Notes under the pieces: generated by a model
What the model was told of the DNA's origin: nothing
The model's input: only the letters and a program-made list of their open reading frames with translations
Database searches by the model: none
From: Candidatus Multivoradales bacterium
GTDB lineage: Bacteria; Acidobacteriota; Thermoanaerobaculia; Multivoradales; J023
NCBI GenBank assembly: GCA_965248925.1
Contig: CBDFLE010000005.1
Location: 96,001-160,000, forward strand
Length of the DNA: 64,000 bases
Reading direction: 5' to 3'
Shown here: piece by piece, positions 49,228-57,006 of the stretch
Numbering within the stretch: the stretch's first letter is position 1
Layout of the letters: each line of letters begins with the position of its first letter
Position numbers and translations under genes: made by a program

Positions 49228-49303
49228 TCATTTGAAGCGGGTTGTCGACATATCTGGCGAAGTTTGTCAAAGAACTCTGCCAAAGTTGTAAGCTCGTTGC
49301 TCT

Positions 49304-49900
49304 ATGAAGCTCTCCATTCGCGAGACGGCGACCGTCCTGGGCAAGAGCGAGCGCCAGGTGCGCTACATGATCCAGCAAGGTGGGCTGAAGGCAGTCAAAC
49401 ATGGCTCTAGGTGGCGCATCGACGCCGATCACCTGCCTCTGGACGAAGCCCAGCGTCGGGCGCTGGCGCGGCGCATCGACTCGGCTCGGCAAGCCTTCGA
49501 GAAGGGCCTGGCGCCGGCCGAGAAAGCGGTCGGTGAAAGGCGCAAGACCTACACCTTGAACAACCTGGTGGCGTTCGGCACGGGGGCAGAGATTTATCGC
49601 GAGATGCTCTCTTCGCTGGGCTTTGGCGATGTTGCATGCGGCCGGCTGCACGAAGCTCTGATGCTGGTGAGTCGGGGCTTTCACAGCTTCCACCCCAAGG
49701 AGAAGGCGGCCTGTTATTGCGCGGCGCGCTGCGCCGCCGCCACGGCGGTGGGGGAACTTCTCCTGCGGGCGGCTGATGGGGTGGAGCACGGTTGGGCCAG
49801 GCGCCTGGAGGAGGAACTCATTCCCAAAATCGCTGGCCTGGTCGCGGCCAATGAAAAGCGCTCTCGTCGGCACCGCTTCGGCCGTCGCGACGAACTCTGA
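49304..49900 (+). CDS. Excisionase-type HTH fused to an Avd/23S-IVP-like four-helix bundle
   Basis: LSIRETATVLGKSERQVRYMIQQG.LKAVK.G.RWRI (HTH_17-like); Y.L..L.AF…GF…KEK..Y..AR..A…EL bundle pattern. Confidence 0.7.
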   Translation: MKLSIRETATVLGKSERQVRYMIQQGGLKAVKHGSRWRIDADHLPLDEAQRRALARRIDSARQAFEKGLAPAEKAVGERRKTYTLNNLVAFGTGAEIYREMLSSLGFGDVACGRLHEALMLVSRGFHSFHPKEKAACYCAARCAAATAVGELLLRAADGVEHGWARRLEEELIPKIAGLVAANEKRSRRHRFGRRDEL

Positions 49901-49907
49901 GTGCTGC

Positions 49908-50246
49908 ATGGAGCACGCCCCTCTGCTCCGCTCTACCATGGGTCTGTGCGCAGATCTGTTGGAGAGCCTTGAAGCAATTTCCGGCTCGACTCCCCTGCGT
50001 CGCCACCTGGCCGAGGTGGTGCTGCGGTTGCTCGACCACGTGACCTTGGCTGTCGAGCGCCACGACCGGCTCGAAAGCCTGCGCGAGGCCGATGCGGCGC
50101 TAGCGGTGTTGCGGGTTCATCTGACCCTTGCGCTCGAGCTTGAGCTGCTCGATGAGGAAGCCTTCATCGAGCTTGTGGAGCAGGCCGATGGGATTGGACG
50201 GCAGATCGGCGGCTGGTTGCGCCAGCTCGGGCGGTACAGCGAATGA
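49908..50246 (+). CDS. avd: DGR accessory variability determinant Avd
   Basis: 112-aa helical protein ending L..AD..L..LR..L.LA…IGRQIGGWLR, directly upstream of the TR. Confidence 0.85.
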   Translation: MEHAPLLRSTMGLCADLLESLEAISGSTPLRRHLAEVVLRLLDHVTLAVERHDRLESLREADAALAVLRVHLTLALELELLDEEAFIELVEQADGIGRQIGGWLRQLGRYSE

Positions 50247-50309
50247 GCGGCGGTGCGGTAAGCTGCGGCGGGCAGACCCGATATCCCGTTTTTGCTTTTG
50301 ATCTGCTCT

Positions 50310-50425
50310 GGGGCGGCGGCTGGAACAATCCCGCGCAGAACCTGCGCTCTGCGATCCGCAACAGGAACCCGGCCAGGAACCGGAACTCGAATATCGGCTT
50401 TCGTGTGGCCGTCTCTCCCCCGAAC
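50310..50425 (+). ncRNA. DGR template repeat TR
   Basis: AAC/AAT-rich master copy of both VRs, located between avd and RT; 3' flank differs from that of the VRs. Confidence 0.97.
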
Positions 50426-50552
50426 ACGCTGACCGCGAGGCACCGTGCAGGGTCTTGTCCTGATGTCTATCGAGGCGTCGAATATCTTGAGCCGGCCCGT
50501 TCTGGTAGGTCCGAAAAGGCCGAAGGTCCGGGTCGGCAACTATGAGTTGCCG

Positions 50553-51554
50553 ATGAGGCGTTGGGGCAACCTCTTCGCCGCAGTCGCCGCTCCGCTATTT
50601 CTGTGGAGGGCCTGGCGACGGTTCCGGCGCGGCAAGCGCAAGCGGCCCTCTGTGCTTGCCTTTGAGCAGCGCGCGGAGCGCGAGGTGTTGCTGTTGGCAC
50701 GGCAGCTCGATGCTGCTACTTATTGCCCTGGGCAGTTCCGCAAGCTCCTGCTACGGGAGCCCAAGCGGCGCTTGATCGCCGCCGCGCCAGTGCGTGACCG
50801 GGTAGTGCATCACGCGATCCACGGTGCCTTGGCGCCGCTTCTCGACCGAGGCCTTGTCGACTCGACCTTCGCCTGCCTGGAGGGCCGAGGTAGCCATCGC
50901 GCGGTGCTGGCCTGTTGGCAGAGCATGCGGCGTTGGCGCTATGTGCTGGCGCTCGACATTCGGCACTACTTTCTCAGCATCGACCGCGGGATTCTCTTGC
51001 ACGAGGTGATGGCACGGCGGATCAAGGACTGGCGGCTGCTGGAACTGCTCCGCACGGTGGCCGGGAGCGGCGCCGGGCTCTACCGCGGCCGCCAAGTCGT
51101 CGAGTTACTGCAACTGCCAGCAGGCTTTCCTCCCATCGGGTGCGGCTTGCCGATTGGCAACCTCACCAGTCAGTGGTGGGGTAATCACTACTTGTCGGGC
51201 CTCGATCACTACATCAAGCGGCAGCTGAAGGTGCCGGGCTACCAGCGCTACATGGACGATCTGACCCTCTTCGCCGACTCGCGTTCTCAGCTCCTGGAGG
51301 CACGGCAGGCGATCGCAGAATGGTTGCTTTGGCATCGCAAATTACTCCTCAAGCGGCCGGCCGCTGAGCCTCGTTCGACCCGCCGGCCGCTGAGCTATCT
51401 CGGCTACCGGGTGGGGCGCGGTGGAGTGGCGCCGCTCCGAGGGGTCCTGCAACGCCTGGAGAGGCGGGTGGCTGAGCGTCTGCACAGCGGTGATGCCGAG
51501 GCGGTGGAGAGGACTCTCGCGGCTTACAAAGGGGTGGTCACTTTTGTCGGTTGA
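50553..51554 (+). CDS. DGR-class reverse transcriptase
   Basis: EPKRRLI.A…RDRVVHHA, FAC..GRG.H.A, LDIRHYF.SI, GLPIGNLTSQ, RYMDD, YLGY; no maturase or endonuclease domain. Confidence 0.95.
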   Translation: MRRWGNLFAAVAAPLFLWRAWRRFRRGKRKRPSVLAFEQRAEREVLLLARQLDAATYCPGQFRKLLLREPKRRLIAAAPVRDRVVHHAIHGALAPLLDRGLVDSTFACLEGRGSHRAVLACWQSMRRWRYVLALDIRHYFLSIDRGILLHEVMARRIKDWRLLELLRTVAGSGAGLYRGRQVVELLQLPAGFPPIGCGLPIGNLTSQWWGNHYLSGLDHYIKRQLKVPGYQRYMDDLTLFADSRSQLLEARQAIAEWLLWHRKLLLKRPAAEPRSTRRPLSYLGYRVGRGGVAPLRGVLQRLERRVAERLHSGDAEAVERTLAAYKGVVTFVG

Positions 51555-51650
51555 AGATGACAATAGACTAATTATCGGAACTTATGTCGACAACAGATCG
51601 GTATTTGTCTACAACAAGCAGGGAGATGCTGAACTTGTTGACAAAAAGGG

Positions 51651-54600
51651 TCAAATTTCGTCCAAGAACACCGCCAGGGGCTCCGCCCCTGGACCCCGAA
51701 TGCACCGGAACAAGGCAGACAATGAGCAAGAATCAAAGGCTCGGGGGAGAGACGGCCACACGAAAGCCGATATTCGAGTTCCGGCTCCTGGCCGGGAGCC
51801 GGCGCGGATCGCAGAGCGCAGGCTCCGCGCGGGACTGCCCCAGCCGCCGCCCCGGAGGAACCTGGCATCACCCTCCTTCAGGTCAGGAAAGATCTCCCTG
51901 TACGCATCGTCCTTCTCGAACTCCCGAAGGTCGGGGTGGTCGCTATCGAGGCACCACTCCCACACGTTGCCGGCCAGGTCCAGGTGCCCATAGGGCCCGG
52001 CACCGGCCGGGTAGGCGCCTACGGGTGTGGGGTGTTCTTGGTGGTTGGCGAAGTTGGCCAGCTCGGGTGTGGGCTTGTCTTTCCCCCACGGGTAGTCACC
52101 TTTCGGTGCATCGGCTGCGGCTAGCCATTCGGCGCTGGTGGGCAGGTGGACCTGCTCGTGGCGCTGCTTGGCCAGCCAGGCGCAGTAGGCCATGGCCTCG
52201 AACCAGGACACGCCCACCACGGGTCGGTTGGGGGTGGTCAGCTGTGCCTGCCAGTTCTCGGGGGAGGTCCACTTCTCCTGCTGGCGTCGCTCCCAGCCAT
52301 CGTCGTCCCACCAGCGGCGGGATTCGTAGCCGCGCTCCTGGTCGACGAACACCAGATATTCATCCACCGTCACCGGATAGCGGCCCAGGCGCAGCCCCTC
52401 GACCGCAGAGACCGGTGGCCAGTCGGGGCGCCGCAGGCGTGGATCGCCGGCTCGGCCCAGGGCCGCCGCAACTTCGAGTCGCTTCTTGATGCCGATCTTG
52501 GCGGCGCCAGCCTTGGTGAAGATCTTGAGTGAGCGCTTCAGGGCCCGCTTGTATTCAGCGGTGACCGCCGACGGAGGCTGGTAGCCATAGGCTTTCACCG
52601 GCTCCAACATGGCACCGACCGCGGCCGCTACGCGGGCATCAGCGGCCAGGCTGGTGTCGTCGCCGCGAAGTGCCAGCAGTCTCCCGAGTAAACGGTCCAC
52701 CCGCCGGTCGCCGCCGCTGTCGAGCAGAGTGCCGGGGAGGATGGCCAGAGTCTCGCGCCATTGTGGATCTTCCAGGTGCTGCTCAACGATCGGCCACCAG
52801 TCGTCCTCGGGATTCTCGCTGCCATCGCCGAGCGAGGCGAGCTGCTTGGCTGCCAGAGCTTCCTGGAAAGTTAGATGCCAGAAACGCAGGTTGCGGCCGG
52901 CGAGTTCTTCGATAATGCCGCTGCTCGCGCACTCGAACTCCAGCCATCGCTTGGCCAGCTGGCGGCGGTCGGCGGTGGCCTTCAGCGCGGTGTAGAAGCG
53001 AAGCACCACCGGTTCGATGGCCAGCGCCGCGTCCTCGAGGCCGATCAATGACAGCTTGCCTCCCTCCTGATCCATCATCCGTAGTGCCAGCGCAGCCAAG
53101 GCGCTCCAGGCGAAGTGTTCCGTGAATCCTGCTGCCTTGCGCTGCTTGGCCCGCGCTTGGAGCAGCCAACGCAGCACCGCTGAGTAGACTCGCGAACGCC
53201 CTTCGGGTAGCTCTTGCTCGTTCCAGTGAATGACGCATAGGCAGGTCAGCATCACCGGGTTGGCGGCCAGGCGGCGTACTCGCGGGACGTCGATCATGGC
53301 GGAGCGCAGGGTCTCTTGGTAGCGCCTGACTTCACCGCTCAGCTGGGTGTGGATATCTAGACCGTGAAGAGCCTCTACCCACAGCTTCAGGAAGCGCCCG
53401 ATCTGGCCATCGTCGAAGGGCTGAATCTTGGCCACGGTGAAGCCCATGGCGAGGAGTTCGGCGGTCTGCACAGGACGACTGGCGACGGTGATCGGCCCCG
53501 GCCACTGAGCGGCGGCATCGGCCAGAACATCGAGCAAGCGGTGGCGCAGGCTCTGCTCGCCGACTTCGTCGAGACCATCGAGCAGAAGCCAGGCATCGCC
53601 CGCTTCGAGCAGCTGGCGCCAGGCTTGTCGCTGGCAATTGGCCGGGTTGGCGCGGGCGCTGGCGATCAGCAGGTCGAGCAGCCGGTCGCGGTCGTCACGG
53701 TGTCCGGGGGTGTCAGCCTGAGCGGTAAGGAGCTTCGCCAGCTGTGCGAAGCGTAGATAGATCGGTACTTTGGCTGGCTGGTCGGCGGGCAGAGCGAGAA
53801 AGTGCTGCCGCCAAGTGTTCCCACCAGGGCCCCGCAGGCCATGGCCGTCGCGGGCCAGCAGGGTGGCGGTGAGGCGCAAGAAGGTGGTCTTGCCGGCGCC
53901 AGGTTGGCCTTCGATCAGCAGCCGCGGGTGAGCGGCCAGCTGGTCTGCGAGGGGTTCGCCACCGGCACGCTCGAAATGCAGCAGTGCTACCTCCTGGTCC
54001 CGCTCGCTGGCCGTGGATCGGCTGAGCAGTGGGGTGTAGAGCTTCTCGATAGGACGAAGAATGGCCTTGCGGGCTTGGCCAGCTCGCGAGGCGATGCCGC
54101 GGATTTTGAGCAGGCCAAGGTCGGCGATGACCCCGTCGAGATAGCAAGGCAGATCGAGCCTGGGCGCGGGGCTCGGGCGGCGCCGTGAGCCGCGGGAAGA
54201 CTCGCTCGCACGGATTTCCACGCCAGCAGCACCTGGATCGGCGCCGAAGGTTGAGTTGTGCAGCAGCCGCATCTCGCCGCCGACCTGCGGCGTGCGCACT
54301 CGTGGCCAGATCCGCACTGCACCGTCCTCATCGATCTCCCCCCAGGTGTAACCCACCCGGCGTTCCTCTTGCTTGGAGCCGTAGTGCTCGAGACCGAAGA
54401 GCGACGGGGATTGGCAGGCGAGGCGTCCGCCGATGTCGCGCTCAATACCGGGCTGGTGCAGGTGGCCGTACAGGCATAGGGCAAATCTGTCGGGCGGACA
54501 GATACTGGCCTGAAACTCAGCACGGGCGGCTGGGGAGAACCAACCGGGCGGTTGGTGGAACATCAGCAGCGCCTGGGCGCAGTCGTCCAGCACGCTCAGC

Positions 54601-55274
54601 GGCGAGCTGCTGTTGGGTGGTGCCAGTGCGTGGTGGAGCTGCTCGACGGAGATCTCCAGGCGGTTAGCGAACTCGTCATCTGTCCTATTCTGCCGATACT
54701 GGCGCCAGGTGCTGTTGAGACCCACAACTGTCAGGGGAAATCCTGTGGGCGACACGGTGACTCGCAAGTCACCAAGGAAGTGCGAGAGGTGGAGCTCAGC
54801 CCATTTCGTGCTCACCACTGCCGGCACTAACCGCCGCTCTAGCCAGGCCAGGTACTCGGTGAAGAGAGGCTGCAGGAAGTCGGCATTGGGTTGCGACCCC
54901 CAGAGTTCGTCGTGCAAGCTGCGGAATGCCGGGCCATCATCATCCAACACTGAGAACTTGTAGACGGCGGTAGGCCTGGCGAGGTCGTGATTGCCTGGTA
55001 CCGGTACCACCAGCGGCCGGTCGCCGAAGGGTGCTAGCCAGCTGGTGACCTGATCGAGGAAAGCGTCAACCAGTTTGAACTGCTTCTGCTGGCCGGAGAA
55101 GCTGAGATCGCCGCTGAACAGCAGCAGATGAGGCGGGCCGAGCTGCTCGGCCATTGCGATCAGGTCGGCTTGTAGCTCGTGCTGAGCCTGCCACCAGTGC
55201 TCGCCACCGCGGCAGCCTGCGTGTAGATCTGAGAAGTGCAGCCAACGCACTGGCCGCGGTCGAGATCGGGGCAT
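51651..55274 (-). CDS. DGR target 2: calcineurin-like metallophosphoesterase - NACHT - FGE/C-type-lectin-fold protein; 1-nt frameshift in VR2 (intact stop would be at 51733)
   Basis: LHFSDLH, GDL, PGNHD, HQP, GHLH (MPE); GQPGAGKTT and LLLDGLDE (NACHT); LPT.AEW, YPWG, DLAGNVWEWC, RGGGW (FGE). Confidence 0.9.
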   Translation of the reverse strand: MPRSRPRPVRWLHFSDLHAGCRGGEHWWQAQHELQADLIAMAEQLGPPHLLLFSGDLSFSGQQKQFKLVDAFLDQVTSWLAPFGDRPLVVPVPGNHDLARPTAVYKFSVLDDDGPAFRSLHDELWGSQPNADFLQPLFTEYLAWLERRLVPAVVSTKWAELHLSHFLGDLRVTVSPTGFPLTVVGLNSTWRQYRQNRTDDEFANRLEISVEQLHHALAPPNSSSPLSVLDDCAQALLMFHQPPGWFSPAARAEFQASICPPDRFALCLYGHLHQPGIERDIGGRLACQSPSLFGLEHYGSKQEERRVGYTWGEIDEDGAVRIWPRVRTPQVGGEMRLLHNSTFGADPGAAGVEIRASESSRGSRRRPSPAPRLDLPCYLDGVIADLGLLKIRGIASRAGQARKAILRPIEKLYTPLLSRSTASERDQEVALLHFERAGGEPLADQLAAHPRLLIEGQPGAGKTTFLRLTATLLARDGHGLRGPGGNTWRQHFLALPADQPAKVPIYLRFAQLAKLLTAQADTPGHRDDRDRLLDLLIASARANPANCQRQAWRQLLEAGDAWLLLDGLDEVGEQSLRHRLLDVLADAAAQWPGPITVASRPVQTAELLAMGFTVAKIQPFDDGQIGRFLKLWVEALHGLDIHTQLSGEVRRYQETLRSAMIDVPRVRRLAANPVMLTCLCVIHWNEQELPEGRSRVYSAVLRWLLQARAKQRKAAGFTEHFAWSALAALALRMMDQEGGKLSLIGLEDAALAIEPVVLRFYTALKATADRRQLAKRWLEFECASSGIIEELAGRNLRFWHLTFQEALAAKQLASLGDGSENPEDDWWPIVEQHLEDPQWRETLAILPGTLLDSGGDRRVDRLLGRLLALRGDDTSLAADARVAAAVGAMLEPVKAYGYQPPSAVTAEYKRALKRSLKIFTKAGAAKIGIKKRLEVAAALGRAGDPRLRRPDWPPVSAVEGLRLGRYPVTVDEYLVFVDQERGYESRRWWDDDGWERRQQEKWTSPENWQAQLTTPNRPVVGVSWFEAMAYCAWLAKQRHEQVHLPTSAEWLAAADAPKGDYPWGKDKPTPELANFANHQEHPTPVGAYPAGAGPYGHLDLAGNVWEWCLDSDHPDLREFEKDDAYREIFPDLKEGDARFLRGGGWGSPARSLRSAIRAGSRPGAGTRISAFVWPSLPRAFDSCSLSALFRCIRGPGAEPLAVFLDEI
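51674..51692 (-). promoter_or_regulatory. DGR target hairpin downstream of VR2
   Basis: Minus strand CCAGGGGC-GGA-GCCCCTGG: 8-bp stem, 3-nt loop, same stem as the VR1 hairpin. Confidence 0.85.
51739..51853 (-). repeat. DGR variable repeat VR2
   Basis: 115 bp; 11 substitutions and one deleted base relative to the TR, all at TR adenine positions. Confidence 0.95.
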
Positions 55275-55325
55275 ATTCTTGTTCCTCCCAGTGGATCAGA
55301 GAGGATTGTAGCCGATCAAGTCTTG

Positions 55326-55571
55326 CTATTCGCCGTCCAAGGTCTCGGCCAAGCTCGTGGCGGTCAAGATTCGTCTGGCCCAGCGCCTGAGCTGTCCGCT
55401 GTCCGCGGCCGCGATGCGCCGCCGAGAGACTTCGTCGACGTCACCGAAGCGGCTCTCGATGAGATCGATCAACAGTTGCGACTGCCCTTGCTTCAAGCCT
55501 TGCTTGAGTCCCTGCTCACGCCCTTCTCGGAGCCACTGTGCAGGCCATTGTGCGACGGTTTCGCGGAGCAT
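55326..55571 (-). CDS. Putative in-frame internal small protein (RpnS-like), copy B, 81 aa
   Basis: AGGAGG-tacgaaac-ATG in frame inside rpn. Confidence 0.65.
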   Translation of the reverse strand: MLRETVAQWPAQWLREGREQGLKQGLKQGQSQLLIDLIESRFGDVDEVSRRRIAAADSGQLRRWARRILTATSLAETLDGE

Positions 55572-56288
55572 GTTTCGTACCTCCTGCAAATCTGTGAGCG
55601 CCGGTATCTCGGCGTCTGGGTAGCGAGCTGGCAGCAAAGAGTGCTGCAAGAAAGCCAAGAACGTGCGACTCAGCCGCGGATCGGCTATGGCCTTCAACCT
55701 CTCGACCAATCTTAGCGCATGGCGCCGCAACTGTCCCGCGCCGCTGCTGCGCTCTAGATCGAAGAGGATCGACGCCAGGTTGCCGCGGGTTGGCGACGGT
55801 GAGGCGCGGTGTTCGTCGATTAGCAGGTAGCGCAGCCGTGGCCGATAGTCGTCGCAGCCATCTGGACCTGGAGTGATTAGCTCGGCGACATCGGTGGGCG
55901 CGGTCCAGGGTCGACTGCCATTGTAGATCACCAGCGGTACCACCGGAGGCAGAGTCTCTCCTCGCTTGATCTGGCCGGCGCGGAGTAGCCCTTCGTAGAA
56001 GAGGCCGAGATAGGTCATCAAGCGAAGAGCCATCCAGGGCTCGTTGCGCGACTGGAACTCGAACAACAGGTAGATGTAGATCCACCCCAGGCGGTGGCGC
56101 AATCGCCAAACCAGGTCTTTCTCGCGCCGTGTCAGGCGATCGGAGATTTCTACTTCGGGGGCTTTCTCCAGGGTGGAGAAGTCGAGCCCCTGGATCCAAT
56201 CCCCGCCGCCATAGGCGCGCAGCAGGTCTTCCACCATCGGTCGGTGGGAGAAAAGCAGGCGATATGCGCTGTCGTGTTTTTCTGCCAC
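55326..56288 (-). CDS. Rpn/YhgA-like PD-(D/E)XK nuclease, copy B
   Basis: Same motifs as copy A; AGGAGG then GTG at 56288. Confidence 0.9.
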   Translation of the reverse strand: MAEKHDSAYRLLFSHRPMVEDLLRAYGGGDWIQGLDFSTLEKAPEVEISDRLTRREKDLVWRLRHRLGWIYIYLLFEFQSRNEPWMALRLMTYLGLFYEGLLRAGQIKRGETLPPVVPLVIYNGSRPWTAPTDVAELITPGPDGCDDYRPRLRYLLIDEHRASPSPTRGNLASILFDLERSSGAGQLRRHALRLVERLKAIADPRLSRTFLAFLQHSLLPARYPDAEIPALTDLQEVRNMLRETVAQWPAQWLREGREQGLKQGLKQGQSQLLIDLIESRFGDVDEVSRRRIAAADSGQLRRWARRILTATSLAETLDGE

Positions 56289-56385
56289 TGTCCATGACCT
56301 CCTTTGGTCATGAACAGGGACGGAAAACTGTGACGGGATCTTGCGGGAGATCGGCGACAGGGCGTCAGAGCCTGCTCTACTCGGC

Positions 56386-56865
56386 TCAGTTGGCGGTCTT
56401 TTTCGGCCCGTCGCCGCCGCTTTTTGCCTCGCTCGCCGCCGCGTCGCCAAACACTTCGCGGGCTTTGTTCTTGAGCCGCTGCTGCGCGGCCTCGACTTCG
56501 CGTAGGGCGTCGCGTAGTTGCTCGAGTTCGTCGGCGCGGACCTCCAGACCTTCGCGGATAAACAGAGCAGCAGCCTCGGAACGGCTCTTGACGGCGCCGA
56601 TCGCCACCCAATCGTCGAGTCGCTTCAGAGTATCTCCGTCGACCCGCACCATCACCACCTGATCGCGCTGTTTCTTGCCCATCTTCTCGACGCTGTCTTT
56701 GAGGTCGGGGGAGACACAGACTACTTTTACCCTGGCACCTTCGCCGAGGTCGAAGCCGAGGTCGAGGTCGGCGAGGTCGTGCTCTAAGTCGATGCCGTGA
56801 TGGGAGAGACGTTCCGAGATGCGTTGCAGGATGCTGCCGAGGTCGAAGTGAATCTTGTTGGCCAT
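56386..56865 (-). CDS. Ribbon-helix-helix (CopG-like) protein with C-terminal coiled coil
   Basis: VVMVRVD…LD.WV..G..KSRSEAAA.FIREGL; AAGGAG RBS. Confidence 0.7.
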   Translation of the reverse strand: MANKIHFDLGSILQRISERLSHHGIDLEHDLADLDLGFDLGEGARVKVVCVSPDLKDSVEKMGKKQRDQVVMVRVDGDTLKRLDDWVAIGAVKSRSEAAALFIREGLEVRADELEQLRDALREVEAAQQRLKNKAREVFGDAAASEAKSGGDGPKKTAN

Positions 56866-56971
56866 TTGAGTCTCCTTAATTTCGTCTTTACCGTATCACT
56901 GTAATTATATTACGTGATCCTCTCAAGGATGTTTCCTTTTTCTTTTGAGCTCCGGTCGGAGCCAATTCTGC

Positions 56972-57006
56972 TTGAGTGATCGAATCGAGTTAGCTAGAAT
57001 AGCTAA
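56972..57006 (+). promoter_or_regulatory. Sigma70-type promoter with overlapping operator for the TA operon (leaderless)
   Basis: TTGAGT (56972)-17 bp-TAGAAT (56995); perfect inverted repeat TTAGCTA-GAA-TAGCTAA at 56990-57006 abutting ATG 57007. Confidence 0.7.

Larger units (their letters stand above)
49241..51594 (+). mobile_element. DGR core cassette (HTH-four-helix gene, avd, TR, RT) bounded by a 12-bp inverted repeat
   Basis: Gene content, plus GTTGTCGACATA at 49241 and TATGTCGACAAC at 51583. Confidence 0.85.
55325..56390. repeat. Direct repeat copy B (rpn gene plus upstream)
   Basis: Near-identical to 44697-45774; 12 bp shorter in the EG..QG repeat tract. Confidence 0.9.

Noticed and set aside
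48878-49939. Long antisense ORFs (for example 48878-49939, 51584-52489, 35358-36464)
   Set aside because: They are shadows of real genes in high-GC DNA, with no recognisable motifs.
50553-51554. RT as a group II intron, retron or CRISPR-associated RT
   Set aside because: It is short, lacks maturase/endonuclease or Cas1 domains, has the LPIGNLTSQ motif, and sits with avd and a TR/VR set.
49053-51853. Three similar sequences as a CRISPR array or simple duplication
   Set aside because: There is no repeat-spacer periodicity and no cas gene, and the mismatches are adenine-specific.
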